This document shows positions 24,152 to 36,602 of a DNA stretch of 40,807 bases, piece after piece (positions within the stretch are counted from its first letter, which is position 1; every line of letters begins with the position of its first letter). The notes beneath the pieces were generated by a model. That model ran no database searches. It was given only the letters and a program-made list of their open reading frames with translations, and was not told where the DNA came from. Made by a program: the position numbers and the translations under genes. The stretch comes from Octopus bimaculoides (taxonomy: Eukaryota): NCBI RefSeq assembly GCF_001194135.2, contig NC_069000.1, positions 4,198,589 through 4,239,395 on the forward strand. Reading direction: 5' to 3'.

Positions 24152-24335
24152 GTAGAATTGTTAGAAAATGTCTTGGAGACTTTCGTTATGGTTCCTTGTT
24201 CTGAATTCGAATACCGCCGAGATCATCTTTGTCTTTCAATCTACTGGAGTCGAGTACATGTAACAAAGTACACGTGAAATAATTGGGCATATTTAATCCG
24301 TTAATCCCAAAATTTTGTGGACCTTGTGTCATAAA
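24152..24335 (+). mobile_element. SINE family A, old/decayed
   Basis: GTTCTGAATTCGAATACCGCCGAGATC and a CCCAAAATTTTGTGGACCTTGTGTC tail match family A. Confidence 0.6.
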
Positions 24336-25248
24336 TCGGCAGAATCGGACACAATGAAATATAGAGAAATCGAGAATGATTGTCGCACATCAAGAGACAG
24401 ATATAGAGAAAGTGAGGAAGGAGACCGGTGGTGATGATAGGAAGAGAAGGAGGAGGGTTCAGGCATAGATATCATTAACTAAAGCAAAAAGCTCGAATAT
24501 ATACAAAAAAACAGGCTTAAAATTAGAATAACAGAGAGGCTGATGTCACACAAAAGTACTCCTACTGTCATCATCATCGCTCTTTTCCTTCCGTTTATAT
24601 ATATATATATATATATATTAATGTGTGTCATTCATTCTCTGTCTTTCTATTTTCCATTATGTGTGTGAACGTCAGAGACAGCCAGACTGATAGACGGACG
24701 AACAAACAGAGAGAGAAGTAATAAAAGATTAAAGAGAAACTGAAAGAGGATCAAAAACACATACGTTGACTGCACACGTACGTACTGCTGTCATTACCAT
24801 CTTCCTTCATCCTCTATGTCTCTCGTTCTCTAAACCTGTGTTCCCCAGACAGAGACAGACTAGGTAGAGAGAGAGACAGAGAGACAGAGAGAGACAGAGA
24901 GACAGAGAGAGACAGAGAGACAGACAGATAGTGACACAGCTATTATATTTCAACAGTGTACCATCCTACATTTTATTTCTTGCCAGACAGTAGGTTGTAA
25001 ATAACTTACTGAGTCATCGTCTAAGAGACTTCATAACAGATTTAATTCTAGTCGGCGTGATAAGTGGATTTAACCTCCTTCAAACTTATTCCTCTTAATT
25101 AATCCACATTTCTATTAATTAATTCACAGATGACATCCATTACCGCTCAAACAATTTTGCCTCAAGTTATATCAGTTTATAAACGAATACATTTTTTTCT
25201 GTCGGTTAATTAATGAACTTTTAAAAAAGAATACATGGATGTGACACT

Positions 25249-25620
25249 GCATTAGTGCAGTGGTTAGCACAGCGATACGGTTGGCGGCAGACATAACGTT
25301 CGATTCTTCAGGTGATGTTAAAAATTGTATAGCCTACTATAGCCTCGAACCGACCAAAGCCTTGGTAGACGGAAACTGAAAGAAGCCCGTCGTATATATC
25401 TATATATATATATATATGTATGTGTGTGTATACGTTTGTGTGTCTGAGTTTTCCCCCAACATCGCTGGTGTGTTTACGTCCCCGTAACTTAGGGGATAGA
25501 ATAAGTACTAGGCTTACAAAGAATAAGTCCTGGGGTCGATTGCTCGACTAAAGGCGGTACTCCAGTATGGCCACAGTCAAATGACTGAAACAAATAAAAG
25601 AGTAAAAAAAGAGTAAAAAT
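25249..25620 (+). mobile_element. SINE family B body with an atypical tRNA-like head
   Basis: 25334-25620 is family B (CTACTATAGCCTCG...GAAGCCCGTCG...TGACTGAAACAAATAAAAGAG). 25249-25312 has TAGTGCAGTGG and GTTCGATTC boxes unlike the usual B head. Confidence 0.85.
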
Positions 25621-25634
25621 GTATATACATGTGA

Positions 25635-26000
25635 GCGTGTGTGTGTGTGTATGTATGTATATACATGCAAGCATACATACATGTGTACATGCATGGACAC
25701 AGCGAGAGTAAGTACTAAAGTGCGCATTTGCGCCCGCTTGTGTGCGTGCGTGTGTGTGCCTCTGTGTGTGTGTGTGTCTGCGTGTTTGCATGTGTGTATG
25801 TGTGTGTGTTTCTGTATGTGTCTGTGTGTGTATGTCTGCGTGTGTGCATGTGTGTATGTGCGTATGTGTCTTCGTGTGTGTGTGAGTTTGTGTGTGCTAG
25901 TGTGTGTGTGCATGTGTGTGCCTGCGCGTGCGTGCGCGTGTGTGTGCGTTTGCGGCAGCGTGCCTGTGGCTGTATACGTGCAAGCGAATGTGTGTGTGTG
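25635..26000. repeat. Degenerate (TG)n-rich tract
   Basis: Seen directly in the sequence. Confidence 0.9.
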
Positions 26001-26288
26001 TGGTTTGGCGTGGGGTGAGGCTTATGTGTCTGAATGTGAGTGAGTGCTTTGAATGATAATTGACGGTGAGAATCTTCGCAGTCGATATCATAACTTCATA
26101 GGAAAAACTTGGTCAAACACTAACTTAACTTTAGTAATATTCATTTATTATGTTATGCCACAAGGGAAATACTTTAAAATTTTGCCACATCCGTTCATAC
26201 ATCGATTTATACAGTTCAACGTCTCAGCTATTTCGTCCACGAAAAGGTGTGACGCTTCTCGTTCATACATATATATCACACTTCGCAG

Positions 26289-26348
26289 GCATGGCGCCTC
26301 TACTGCTTCAATTTGCATTTGCTTCACGTGCTTTCGTATTTTGGCTAT
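26289..26348 (+). CDS. Candidate 60-nt exon of an unidentified gene
   Basis: The acceptor is CACACTTCGCAG|G and the donor is |GTAAGT. Length is divisible by 3 and all three frames are open, one reading MAPLLLQFAFASRAFVFWL. No homology was recognised. Confidence 0.3.
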
Positions 26349-26376
26349 GTAAGTACATACGTACATACATACACAT

Positions 26377-26582
26377 TACTCTAATACTCTTTTATTTGGT
26401 TCAGTCATTTGAATGCAGGCCAAGCCGGAGCACCACCTTTAGTCGAACAAATCGACCCCACGACTCATTCTTTGTAAGCCTAGTACTTATTCGATCGGTC
26501 TCATCTACCGAACCGCTAAGTTACGGGGACGCAAACATCGGTTGTCAAGCGATGAAATGGGGACAAACACAGACACACAAAC

Positions 26583-26585
<3 letters not shown>
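26377..26585 (-). mobile_element. SINE family B, 3' module only
   Basis: Reverse complement of the B 3' half (TTCAGTCATTTGA, TAGTCGAACAAATCGACCCCA, CCGAACCGCTAAGTTACGGGGAC). Confidence 0.9.
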
Positions 26586-26620
<35 letters not shown>

Positions 26621-26627
<7 letters not shown>

Positions 26628-26877
26628 TTACTTGGAGACAGTGCGTGGCGTTTGATCATATAATAACATAAATAATATATAAATATATGTATATATCTAT
26701 ACATATATGTACATACCTACACCTATATGTATACATACCTGCATATATGTCCTGTAGCCATACATGCATGTATGTATACATATAGATGTAGGTATGTATA
26801 TATATGTATGGATATATACATATATTTATATATTATTTATGTTATCATATGACGCATTGTCTCCAAGTAAGTTTTAT
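26621..26877. repeat. ~257-bp foldback (MITE-like or local inverted duplication)
   Basis: ATAAAACTTACTTGGAGACA (26621-26640) is the exact reverse complement of 26858-26877. The arms continue to about 26744 and 26764, leaving a ~19-nt spacer. Confidence 0.85.
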
Positions 26878-26968
26878 CTTAATAATTTCTCCTCCTACTA
26901 TTACTATCACTTCCCTGTCTATCTCTCTCCCTCTCTTGTTCATCCTTTCTGTTTTTCTCTCCCACCCA

Positions 26969-27001
<33 letters not shown>

Positions 27002-27857
27002 NNNNNNNNNNNNNNNNNNNNNNNNNNNNNNNNNNNNNNNNNNNNNNNNNNNNNNNNNNNNNNNNNNNNNNNNNNNNNNNNNNNNNNNNNNNNNNNNNNN
27101 NNNNNNNNNNNNNNNNNNNNNNNNNNNNNNNNNNNNNNNNNNNNNNNNNNNNNNNNNNNNNNNNNNNNNNNNNNNNNNNNNNNNNNNNNNNNNNNNNNNN
27201 NNNNNNNNNNNNNNNNNNNNNNNNNNNNNNNNNNNNNNNNNNNNNNNNNNNNNNNNNNNNNNNNNNNNNNNNNNNNNNNNNNNNNNNNNNNNNNNNNNNN
27301 NNNNNNNNNNNNNNNNNNNNNNNNNNNNNNNNNNNNNNNNNNNNNNNNNNNNNNNNNNNNNNNNNNNNNNNNNNNNNNNNNNNNNNNNNNNNNNNNNNNN
27401 NNNNNNNNNNNNNNNNNNNNNNNNNNNNNNNNNNNNNNNNNNNNNNNNNNNNNNNNNNNNNNNNNNNNNNNNNNNNNNNNNNNNNNNNNNNNNNNNNNNN
27501 NNNNNNNNNNNNNNNNNNNNNNNNNNNNNNNNNNNNNNNNNNNNNNNNNNNNNNNNNNNNNNNNNNNNNNNNNNNNNNNNNNNNNNNNNNNNNNNNNNNN
27601 NNNNNNNNNNNNNNNNNNNNNNNNNNNNNNNNNNNNNNNNNNNNNNNNNNNNNNNNNNNNNNNNNNNNNNNNNNNNNNNNNNNNNNNNNNNNNNNNNNNN
27701 NNNNNNNNNNNNNNNNNNNNNNNNNNNNNNNNNNNNNNNNNNNNNNNNNNNNNNNNNNNNNNNNNNNNNNNNNNNNNNNNNNNNNNNNNNNNNNNNNNNN
27801 NNNNNNNNNNNNNNNNNNNNNNNNNNNNNNNNNNNNNNNNNNNNNNNNNNNNNNNNN

Positions 27858-27898
<41 letters not shown>

Positions 27899-28207
27899 TG
27901 TATATATACACATATGTATATTTACATATATATACATATACATATATATACACTGGTATATGTGTATGTATGTGTATGTATATATAGATACACATACATA
28001 CATTTACACACATATACCTGTGTGTATATATGTATATATATATGTAAAATGCATACAAAATATATACATACATAATATATATAAGTACACACGTACATAT
28101 ATATATATATATATTTATATGTCTGTATATATGAGTGTGTATATGCATTTGTTTCTGTTCATCTAGCTATCTGTCTGTCTGTCTCTTCCTCTTTCTCTCT
28201 ATCTTTC

Positions 28208-28242
<35 letters not shown>

Positions 28243-28243
28243 G

Positions 28244-28294
<51 letters not shown>

Positions 28295-28741
28295 CTATAA
28301 GCATATATTTTCTAATGCAGTATACATTTTGATTAAGAAAGCAAAAAGAAAAAGCAAAAAAATAACGATAAATAAGTAAAACAAAAGACACATGAAAATA
28401 ATCACTAGTCTCAAAAGTGAAAAGTTGACAAGCATCTTCAATTGAGATTTACTGGGGTGTTACAATTGATCTGACAACCAAAGAACAAAAAAAAAGAACC
28501 TCCAAAAACAAAGCAAAAATAAAATAAATAAACAAGGCAAACAAACAATAACCAAAAGAAGAACAAAACGCCCTGCAAAACAAAATGGCGTCTTCAGCTG
28601 AAATTGCCCGCCAGAATATTGCCGCTTTGAACAAAATAAAACTTATAAAATAGAACATATAAAAATATGGTTACGTATATATATATATATATATTGAAAT
28701 GTGTTATTTAATGAATAAAAGTCCCCAGGAACTTCTTCTTA

Positions 28742-28832
<91 letters not shown>

Positions 28833-30856
28833 TCCTTTACATCTATCTCTCTATCTAACAGTCTGTCTATCTGCCTGTCTATTTGCATATATCTAGATCT
28901 ATATGCCTATCTATTTACACACGCACACACATACACACACACACACTCTCTCTCTCTCTCTCTTTCTCTCTCTCCCTCTCTCTCTCTCGCTCTTTCACAC
29001 ACACATATAAACACATTTATTTATTTATTTTTGCATTATATATAGGGTGTTTTAAAAACAATACCACTGTCAGTTACAGGTGTCGGACAGACCAGTCGAA
29101 TCAATCACTGGTTCGATGTATTTGCGATGGTGAGTGCTTCACAAGGGATTCTCGTCTTGAAAATCGAGCAAAACGTATATACAACTTATATATGAGAGTG
29201 GATCCAATTTAGAAGATAGATCAGGACCAACAGTATTACAAATACGGCGTTGAATGCGCAGGAACACCTGCCCAGATGTGACAACAGTACTCAATGCAGG
29301 GGCGAATGGTGGACTTATAAAGATAAAGAATAGTCTCAGGAGTGAGATAACTCCTCGAACGAAGGAGTAAGCCTACCTTCATTGAAGCCGATTTGGCAAT
29401 AGATTCAATGTACGTTTTACAAGAAAAATCATATCAGAAAGTCACTCCTAGGAGAGGAAGAGAACGACTCGCAGTTAAGTCGATACCTTCCATCGAAACC
29501 GATGGCAAGAAAGGATGTCTGAAGTGATTAACTGAAAGAAGTTTAGTTTTCGATCGTTCAAAACATGTTGCTGAGGATATGGTTTTATATTGAAACAAGC
29601 TGAGAATTTGTCTCGCATTACCAACTTTGGTCTCAATATATATTTTATTTCATGAACACATACCCATCACTGTACATATTTCATCTCACTACTTTAGCTT
29701 TTGAGTTTTTGCATATATATATATTTATACCCTCCCCGAAAGATAAACAATTATTTCCCCTGTCCCCAATAATAACGATCACCAATTACCTCCCCTTAGA
29801 TTTTCTACTTGGTTTTTCATTCATTCACAAACTTCTCTCATACAACATGGACTAAAATTTTCTTACGAAATTACAATAATTTCAATGTCATGATTAGCGA
29901 AAGCGAAACCGGTCGACATACACAATACTCTTCCACCTATAAGATATATTAAAACTATGTAAACTGTATGCATTTTCATTCTTCTATTTTATATATATAT
30001 GTGTGTGTGCGTGTATGTCTTTGTAAGCATTCGCATGCATACATTTATTTGTTTGTACACAAGCATATATGTATGCCTATCCGCATAATGTAAGTTTAAA
30101 AACTACAGACGCACAGACAGGCAGGCAAAACTAAGCAGAGAGAAATCTTCACAGCGGCAAAATAAAACATCAAACTTTTATTAGTTTACATAACTTTCAT
30201 AATAATAATAATAAATAAATAAAAACAACAGAAAAACACCACAAGCAATTGTATTTTCTATATAACTGGGAGGTTTTTTTCTCCGTTTTACACCTTTCTT
30301 GCAAATGTTTCACAGGGTGAAACGGCTTAACTAGAGTGAAATTGAATTCTTACCAAATTATATTTATGTAACATTTAATCAATTTTCTGCACGAAAAGAA
30401 AAACGTTTTTTTGTTGCTCTGTGCTTGTGCCTGTGCGAGATTGAATGAACTTTTCTTTTATCTTTTGTCTCCCTTGTTTTGCGTTATCGTGTGGTTCCTC
30501 ATTTTTTGGTTTGTTTAATATGTTGATTTTGTTTGTTTGTCTGTTTGTATTCGTTATTTACTTAAATATTTATTTATATGTTTTTGGTAAGTTTCTTGTT
30601 TTATTTTTGATCATTCAGAAGGTTTCAATTTACCAATTCCTTTCTTCAATTTTGCTGACGTTTTCATTATTATATTTTTTCTTTAATATCTGGTTATGTA
30701 AATACATGTGTGTATATAAATATGTGTGTGTGTGTGCGTGCATGTGTGCCCGAACGCCGTGTAGGCATAATTTGTATACAAATAACCATATATTGACGTA
30801 CATATAAATGTATATATATATATGCACATATGTATACATGTCTAACAAACGTATGT

Positions 30857-30894
<38 letters not shown>

Positions 30895-30979
30895 GCATAT
30901 ACATTATGCATTTGTATATATATACATATATATATGCATACGTACAAACATATTCATATACATATCTATATATATATAC

Positions 30980-31010
<31 letters not shown>

Positions 31011-31329
31011 TGTGTGTGTGTATGAATGTATATATATATGAATATTTATATATATACAAATATATATATTTGTATATATATANNNNNNNNNNNNNNNNNN
31101 NNNNNNNNNNNNNNNNNNNNNNNNNNNNNNNNNNNNNNNNNNNNNNNNNNNNNNNNNNNNNNNNNNNNNNNNNNNNNNNNNNNNNNNNNNNNNNNNNNNN
31201 NNNNNNNNNNNNNNNNNNNNNNNNNNNNNNNNNNNNNNNNNNNNNNNNNNNNNNNNNNNNNNNNNNNNNNNNNNNNNNNNNNNNNNNNNNNNNNNNNNNN
31301 NNNNNNNNNNNNNNNNNNNNNNNNNNNNN

Positions 31330-31373
<44 letters not shown>

Positions 31374-31644
31374 GTGTATAATTTGTTATTTTGGTGTAGT
31401 TATTTCTAATATTCCTCGTAATAATGGTATTAATATTTTATTACGTTTCCCTCATCAATTATTGTCTTCTATTTTAATTTACTGTCTGCCATAAACATCA
31501 CATCATTTCCAGTTGATAAATTAACAAGCTTAGTTAGAGATTGGATTCAATAAACGAACGTATTTCGCATTCTTTTTTTTTTTCTCTATCTCCCTCAGTT
31601 ATTATTCTGAAGTTTCTTTCTTTCTTATAAAGACATTTATGTCT

Positions 31645-31676
<32 letters not shown>

Positions 31677-31768
31677 TGGTGATGGGACTGTATTTCTAAA
31701 TGAAATTTTCTCTAATTCTGTGTTACATAACTATAAGGATTCATTATATGCGTATATATATATAAATG

Positions 31769-31802
<34 letters not shown>

Positions 31803-32096
31803 CATGTATGTATATATATNNNNNNNNNNNNNNNNNNNNNNNNNNNNNNNNNNNNNNNNNNNNNNNNNNNNNNNNNNNNNNNNNNNNNNNNNNNNNNNNN
31901 NNNNNNNNNNNNNNTATATATATATATGCATACATATATATACACATTTATGCATATTAATATACAGTGCTAGAGATTTATATGTATGTATGTATGTGTA
32001 TGTACGTATGTATGTGCGTATGTACGTATGTATGTATGTATGCATACTATTGATTAGCCGTTTAGCCGTTGACTGTGCATGTATGCATGTATGTAT

Positions 32097-32486
32097 GCGC
32101 GGGGACGTGGAAATACTTACTTCCCATTCACATCGTCCTTGGTTCAGTCCCACTGCCTGGCATCTTGAGTGTCTTCTACTGTAGCTTCGTGTCAACCAAA
32201 ATCTTGTGTGTGGATTTGGTAGTCGAACATTTAAAATACTCGACTGTGAATGTGTGTGTGTGTGTGTGTGTCTCTGTTTCTGTGTGTGTGTGTATGCCAC
32301 CAGCACGTGGCGACTGGTGTTAGCGTGTTTACGTCCCAGGAACTTAACGGTTCGGCATACCACAGAGAACGAGACATTACCGAAAACGGTAAGTGCTAGT
32401 GTCGATGTGTTTGACTAAAAAAAACATGCATGGTGGTGCTCCAGCATGGCTGCAGTCCGATGACTGAAACAAATATCAGATAAAAG
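32097..32486 (+). mobile_element. SINE family B, full length, decayed
   Basis: It contains GGTTCAGTCCCACTG, GTGGATTTGGTAG, an internal (TG)n, and GGTGCTCCAGCATGGCTGCAGTC...TGACTGAAACAA. Confidence 0.85.
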
Positions 32487-33061
32487 TTATATATATATAT
32501 ATATATATATATNNNNNNNNNNNNNNNNNNNNNNNNNNNNNNNNNNNNNNNNNNNNNNNNNNNNNNNNNNNNNNNNNNNNNNNNNNNNNNNNNNNNNNNN
32601 NNNNNNNNNNNNNNNNNNNNNNNNNNNNNNNNNNNNNNNNNNNNNNNNNNNNNNNNNNNNNNNNNNNNNNNNNNNNNNNNNNNNNNNNNNNNNNNNNNNN
32701 NNNNNNNNNNNNNNNNNNNNNNNNNNNNNNNNNNNNNNNNNNNNNNNNNNNNNNNNNNNNNNNNNNNNNNNNNNNNNNNNNNNNNNNNNNNNNNNNNNNN
32801 NNNNNNNNNNNNNNNNNNNNNNNNNNNNNNNNNNNNNNNNNNNNNNNNNNNNNNNNNNNNNNNNNNNNNNNNNNNNNNNNNNNNNNNNNNNNNNNNNNNN
32901 NNNNNNNNNNNNNNNNNNNNNNNNNNNNNNNNNNNNNNNNNNNNNNNNNNNNNNNNNNNNNNNNNNNNNNNNNNNNNNNNNNNNNNNNNNNNNNNNNNNN
33001 NNNNNNNNNNNNNNNNNNNNNNNNNNNNNNNNNNNNNNNNNNNNNNNNNNNNNNNNNNNNN

Positions 33062-33133
<72 letters not shown>

Positions 33134-33210
33134 CGTGTGTGTGTGTATGAATGTATGTATATACATATGTATACATATATTACATAGAAATGGAAGCAAA
33201 ATTGAGAGAA

Positions 33211-33530
<320 letters not shown>

Positions 33531-33812
33531 ACACTGATAGGAAATGGTAATTGTGGCTGTGTATATATTTGTGTTTATGTGTATAACATTTGCAATATTG
33601 TGTAGTTCATATGTATGTAAGTGTTAGACGTATGTCTGTGTGTGTGTCTGTGTGTGTATGTGTGTGTTTGCGTCTGTTCAAAGTTGCATTGAGAATGTAT
33701 GTTCCTGAATATTTACATATGCGTAGAGAAATCACTGCAAGCAAACATTGAAAGTTTTCATCTTACTGTTTGTTCATATATACATACATACATATATATG
33801 CATGTATGTATG

Positions 33813-33849
<37 letters not shown>

Positions 33850-34738
33850 NNNNNNNNNNNNNNNNNNNNNNNNNNNNNNNNNNNNNNNNNNNNNNNNNNN
33901 NNNNNNNNNNNNNNNNNNNNNNNNNNNNNNNNNNNNNNNNNNNNNNNNNNNNNNNNNNNNNNNNNNNNNNNNNNNNNNNNNNNNNNNNNNNNNNNNNNNN
34001 NNNNNNNNNNNNNNNNNNNNNNNNNNNNNNNNNNNNNNNNNNNNNNNNNNNNNNNNNNNNNNNNNNNNNNNNNNNNNNNNNNNNNNNNNNNNNNNNNNNN
34101 NNNNNNNNNNNNNNNNNNNNNNNNNNNNNNNNNNNNNNNNNNNNNNNNNNNNNNNNNNNNNNNNNNNNNNNNNNNNNNNNNNNNNNNNNNNNNNNNNNNN
34201 NNNNNNNNNNNNNNNNNNNNNNNNNNNNNNNNNNNNNNNNNNNNNNNNNNNNNNNNNNNNNNNNNNNNNNNNNNNNNNNNNNNNNNNNNNNNNNNNNNNN
34301 NNNNNNNNNNNNNNNNNNNTATACACACACACACACACACACACATACATATAAGTCCCATCCCCCTTAAGTTCAATACCGTAAATAGAAGCCAATGTTT
34401 GAAAAAAAATAATAAAACAGACCAGAAGACGGAGGCAATCTATTATTTTGGGAGATATAAATTTTCTTAAACAAAATGTCTATTGAAAGTTGTATTTGTC
34501 TTGTTGTTGTTGCTGGTGATGTTGTTGTCTTGCTTGCTGTTTTGCTTTGTTGTTTTGTTGGTTGTTTTCTTGTTGATTTTTGTAGTAATCTTGTTGACTT
34601 TTTTTCTTCTTCTGTGAGCGCCGTTATTGCTGCTGCTCCTGTTGCTGCTGCTGCTGCTGGTGTAGATGCTGATGCTGTTGATGTTGTTGATGTTGTTGAT
34701 GTTTTAATGTATATTTACTAGAATGACGAAGGGTCGGT

Positions 34739-34775
<37 letters not shown>

Positions 34776-34812
34776 GACAGAGAAAACGAAGGAGACAAAC
34801 AGACGGATCGAG

Positions 34813-34853
<41 letters not shown>

Positions 34854-35707
34854 CACAGAAACGAAAGAAAGAAAAAAAGAAAGAAAGAAAGAAGGAAAGA
34901 AATAAAAAAGAAAGAAAGAAACGAAATTATTCTGAGATTGGAACTGGGAGAAAAAAAATATATATGTGTGTGNNNNNNNNNNNNNNNNNNNNNNNNNNNN
35001 NNNNNNNNNNNNNNNNNNNNNNNNNNNNNNNNNNNNNNNNNNNNNNNNNNNNNNNNNNNNNNNNNNNNNNNNNNNNNNNNNNNNNNNNNNNNNNNNNNNN
35101 NNNNNNNNNNNNNNNNNNNNNNNNNNNNNNNNNNNNNNNNNNNNNNNNNNNNNNNNNNNNNNNNNNNNNNNNNNNNNNNNNNNNNNNNNNNNNNNNNNNN
35201 NNNNNNNNNNNNNNNNNNNNNNNNNNNNNNNNNNNNNNNNNNNNNNNNNNNNNNNNNNNNNNNNNNNNNNNNNNNNNNNNNNNNNNNNNNNNNNNNNNNN
35301 NNNNNNNNNNNNNNNATATATATATATATATATATATACATATATACATTTGTATGTGTTGTTTGTGTCTGTTTGGTTTTGTATATGTGTATATGTGCAT
35401 ATGTATGAGTGTATGTGTCCTTGCAAATGAGATGTGTATATTGTGTATGAGTGTATGATTCTGTTCGTGTGTTGGTCTATGTGTATGTATGTGTCTGTGT
35501 GTATTTGTAATGAGATTACGGGCATATATGTGTATATACGTGTATATGTTTGTGTGCATGTGTATGTGTGTATTTGCGAATATGTTTCATGTATCTGTAT
35601 GTGTTCCAGAGTTGGTGTCCGTCTAAATATTTGTGTGTGAGAGAAAGAGATACAGACAGACAGACAGAGAATTTGAGTTAGCGAATGAACGATAGGAACA
35701 AAGAGTG

Positions 35708-35753
<46 letters not shown>

Positions 35754-36339
35754 ATTTCGATGGAGTAAAAGATATGGCAGAATTTTTTTTTAAAAACGGA
35801 GAAAGCGAGTAAGATAGAGAAGGATGAATAAATATACAAGGAAACCTGACATTAAGACAAAAAAATAATAATAAGCAGCCAAGACTAACAAAGAAAGGAA
35901 ACGGACAGAGCAAAGGGGGTGATAATCAGGGTTGTGCGGTGAATTTGAATTGTTCCATGTGTGTAGAAACAAATACATGTCCTTAGTTGCCATGGGTTGG
36001 TTTTACAGGTAAGATTGCCTGTGCAATACACTCTCTTTGTCTTCCAAATATTTGGATTAGCTGATGTTGGGGTGTAAACTCTCTTAGTTCTTATTTTATA
36101 TTTTGTATTCCATATTACTCCTTCTAAACAAGGATAATCTTCGTCGATCGCATTGTTTCAAACCGCAGTATTACATGTATGTATACGTACATATCTGTGT
36201 GTGTATGTGTTTACATATACATTTATATAAATAAATCAGTTACAGAGTTCATCAGAATCTTGGTATATCAACATGGAGGACGCTGGGAATGATAGTTGGA
36301 GAGATGGTCATCTTCTATTTCTACCTTAACTGTTTATAT

Positions 36340-36437
36340 GTTTAAAATTTACCTGATGATGGCGGGGATTTGCTAATGATGTAATCTAAGAATACATCGA
36401 TTAAATGCTGCCGAAACAGCTGTTGTGAATTTTGAAC
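36340..36437 (+). ncRNA. Type I hammerhead ribozyme, apparently complete
   Basis: Stem I pairs GTTTAAAATTTAC (36340-52) with GTGAATTTTGAAC (36425-37): 13 bp including 2 G-U. The core CTGATGA is at 36353-59, followed by one extra T. Stem II is GGCGG/CTGCC, then GAAAC at 36413-17, palindromic ACAGCTGT and cleavage triplet GUU (36422-24). Confidence 0.88.
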
Positions 36438-36508
36438 CCCACTTGTGTCCTTCTGTGCATCGTTGGCGATTTTCTTTCTCTGTCTTCCCTTCTTTGGACT
36501 TATCCTAT

Positions 36509-36543
36509 ATTTCTGACGAAGAGCTTCGCTCGAAACATGAAAT
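36509..36543 (+). ncRNA. Minimal hammerhead motif (core intact, cleavage site mutated)
   Basis: It reads ATTT-CTGACGA-A-GAGC(TTC)GCTC-GAAAC-ATG-AAAT. Stem I is 4 bp, and the triplet AUG violates the NUH rule. Confidence 0.7.
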
Positions 36544-36558
36544 CCTCTNNNNNNNNNN

Positions 36559-36602
<44 letters not shown>

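Larger units (their letters stand above)
36243..36548 (+). mobile_element. Penelope-like element 3' remnant (possible ORF C-terminus + hammerhead-bearing terminal repeat)
   Basis: 36243-36329 translates QSSSESWYINMEDAGNDSWRDGHLLFLP*, loosely like the ESW.I...N.D.G tail that follows PLE GIY-YIG domains. Two HHR motifs follow directly. Confidence 0.55.

Noticed and set aside
28578-28650. CAAAATGGCG (YY1/Kozak-like) opening MASSAEIARQNIAALNKIKLIK*
   Set aside because: It is a single short motif with a 22-codon ORF and no donor before the stop.
29041-29605. Possible Tc1/mariner relic (TATAGGGTG start, ESGSNLEDRSGP)
   Set aside because: The putative TIRs match poorly and the peptide similarity is marginal, so it cannot be supported without a profile search.
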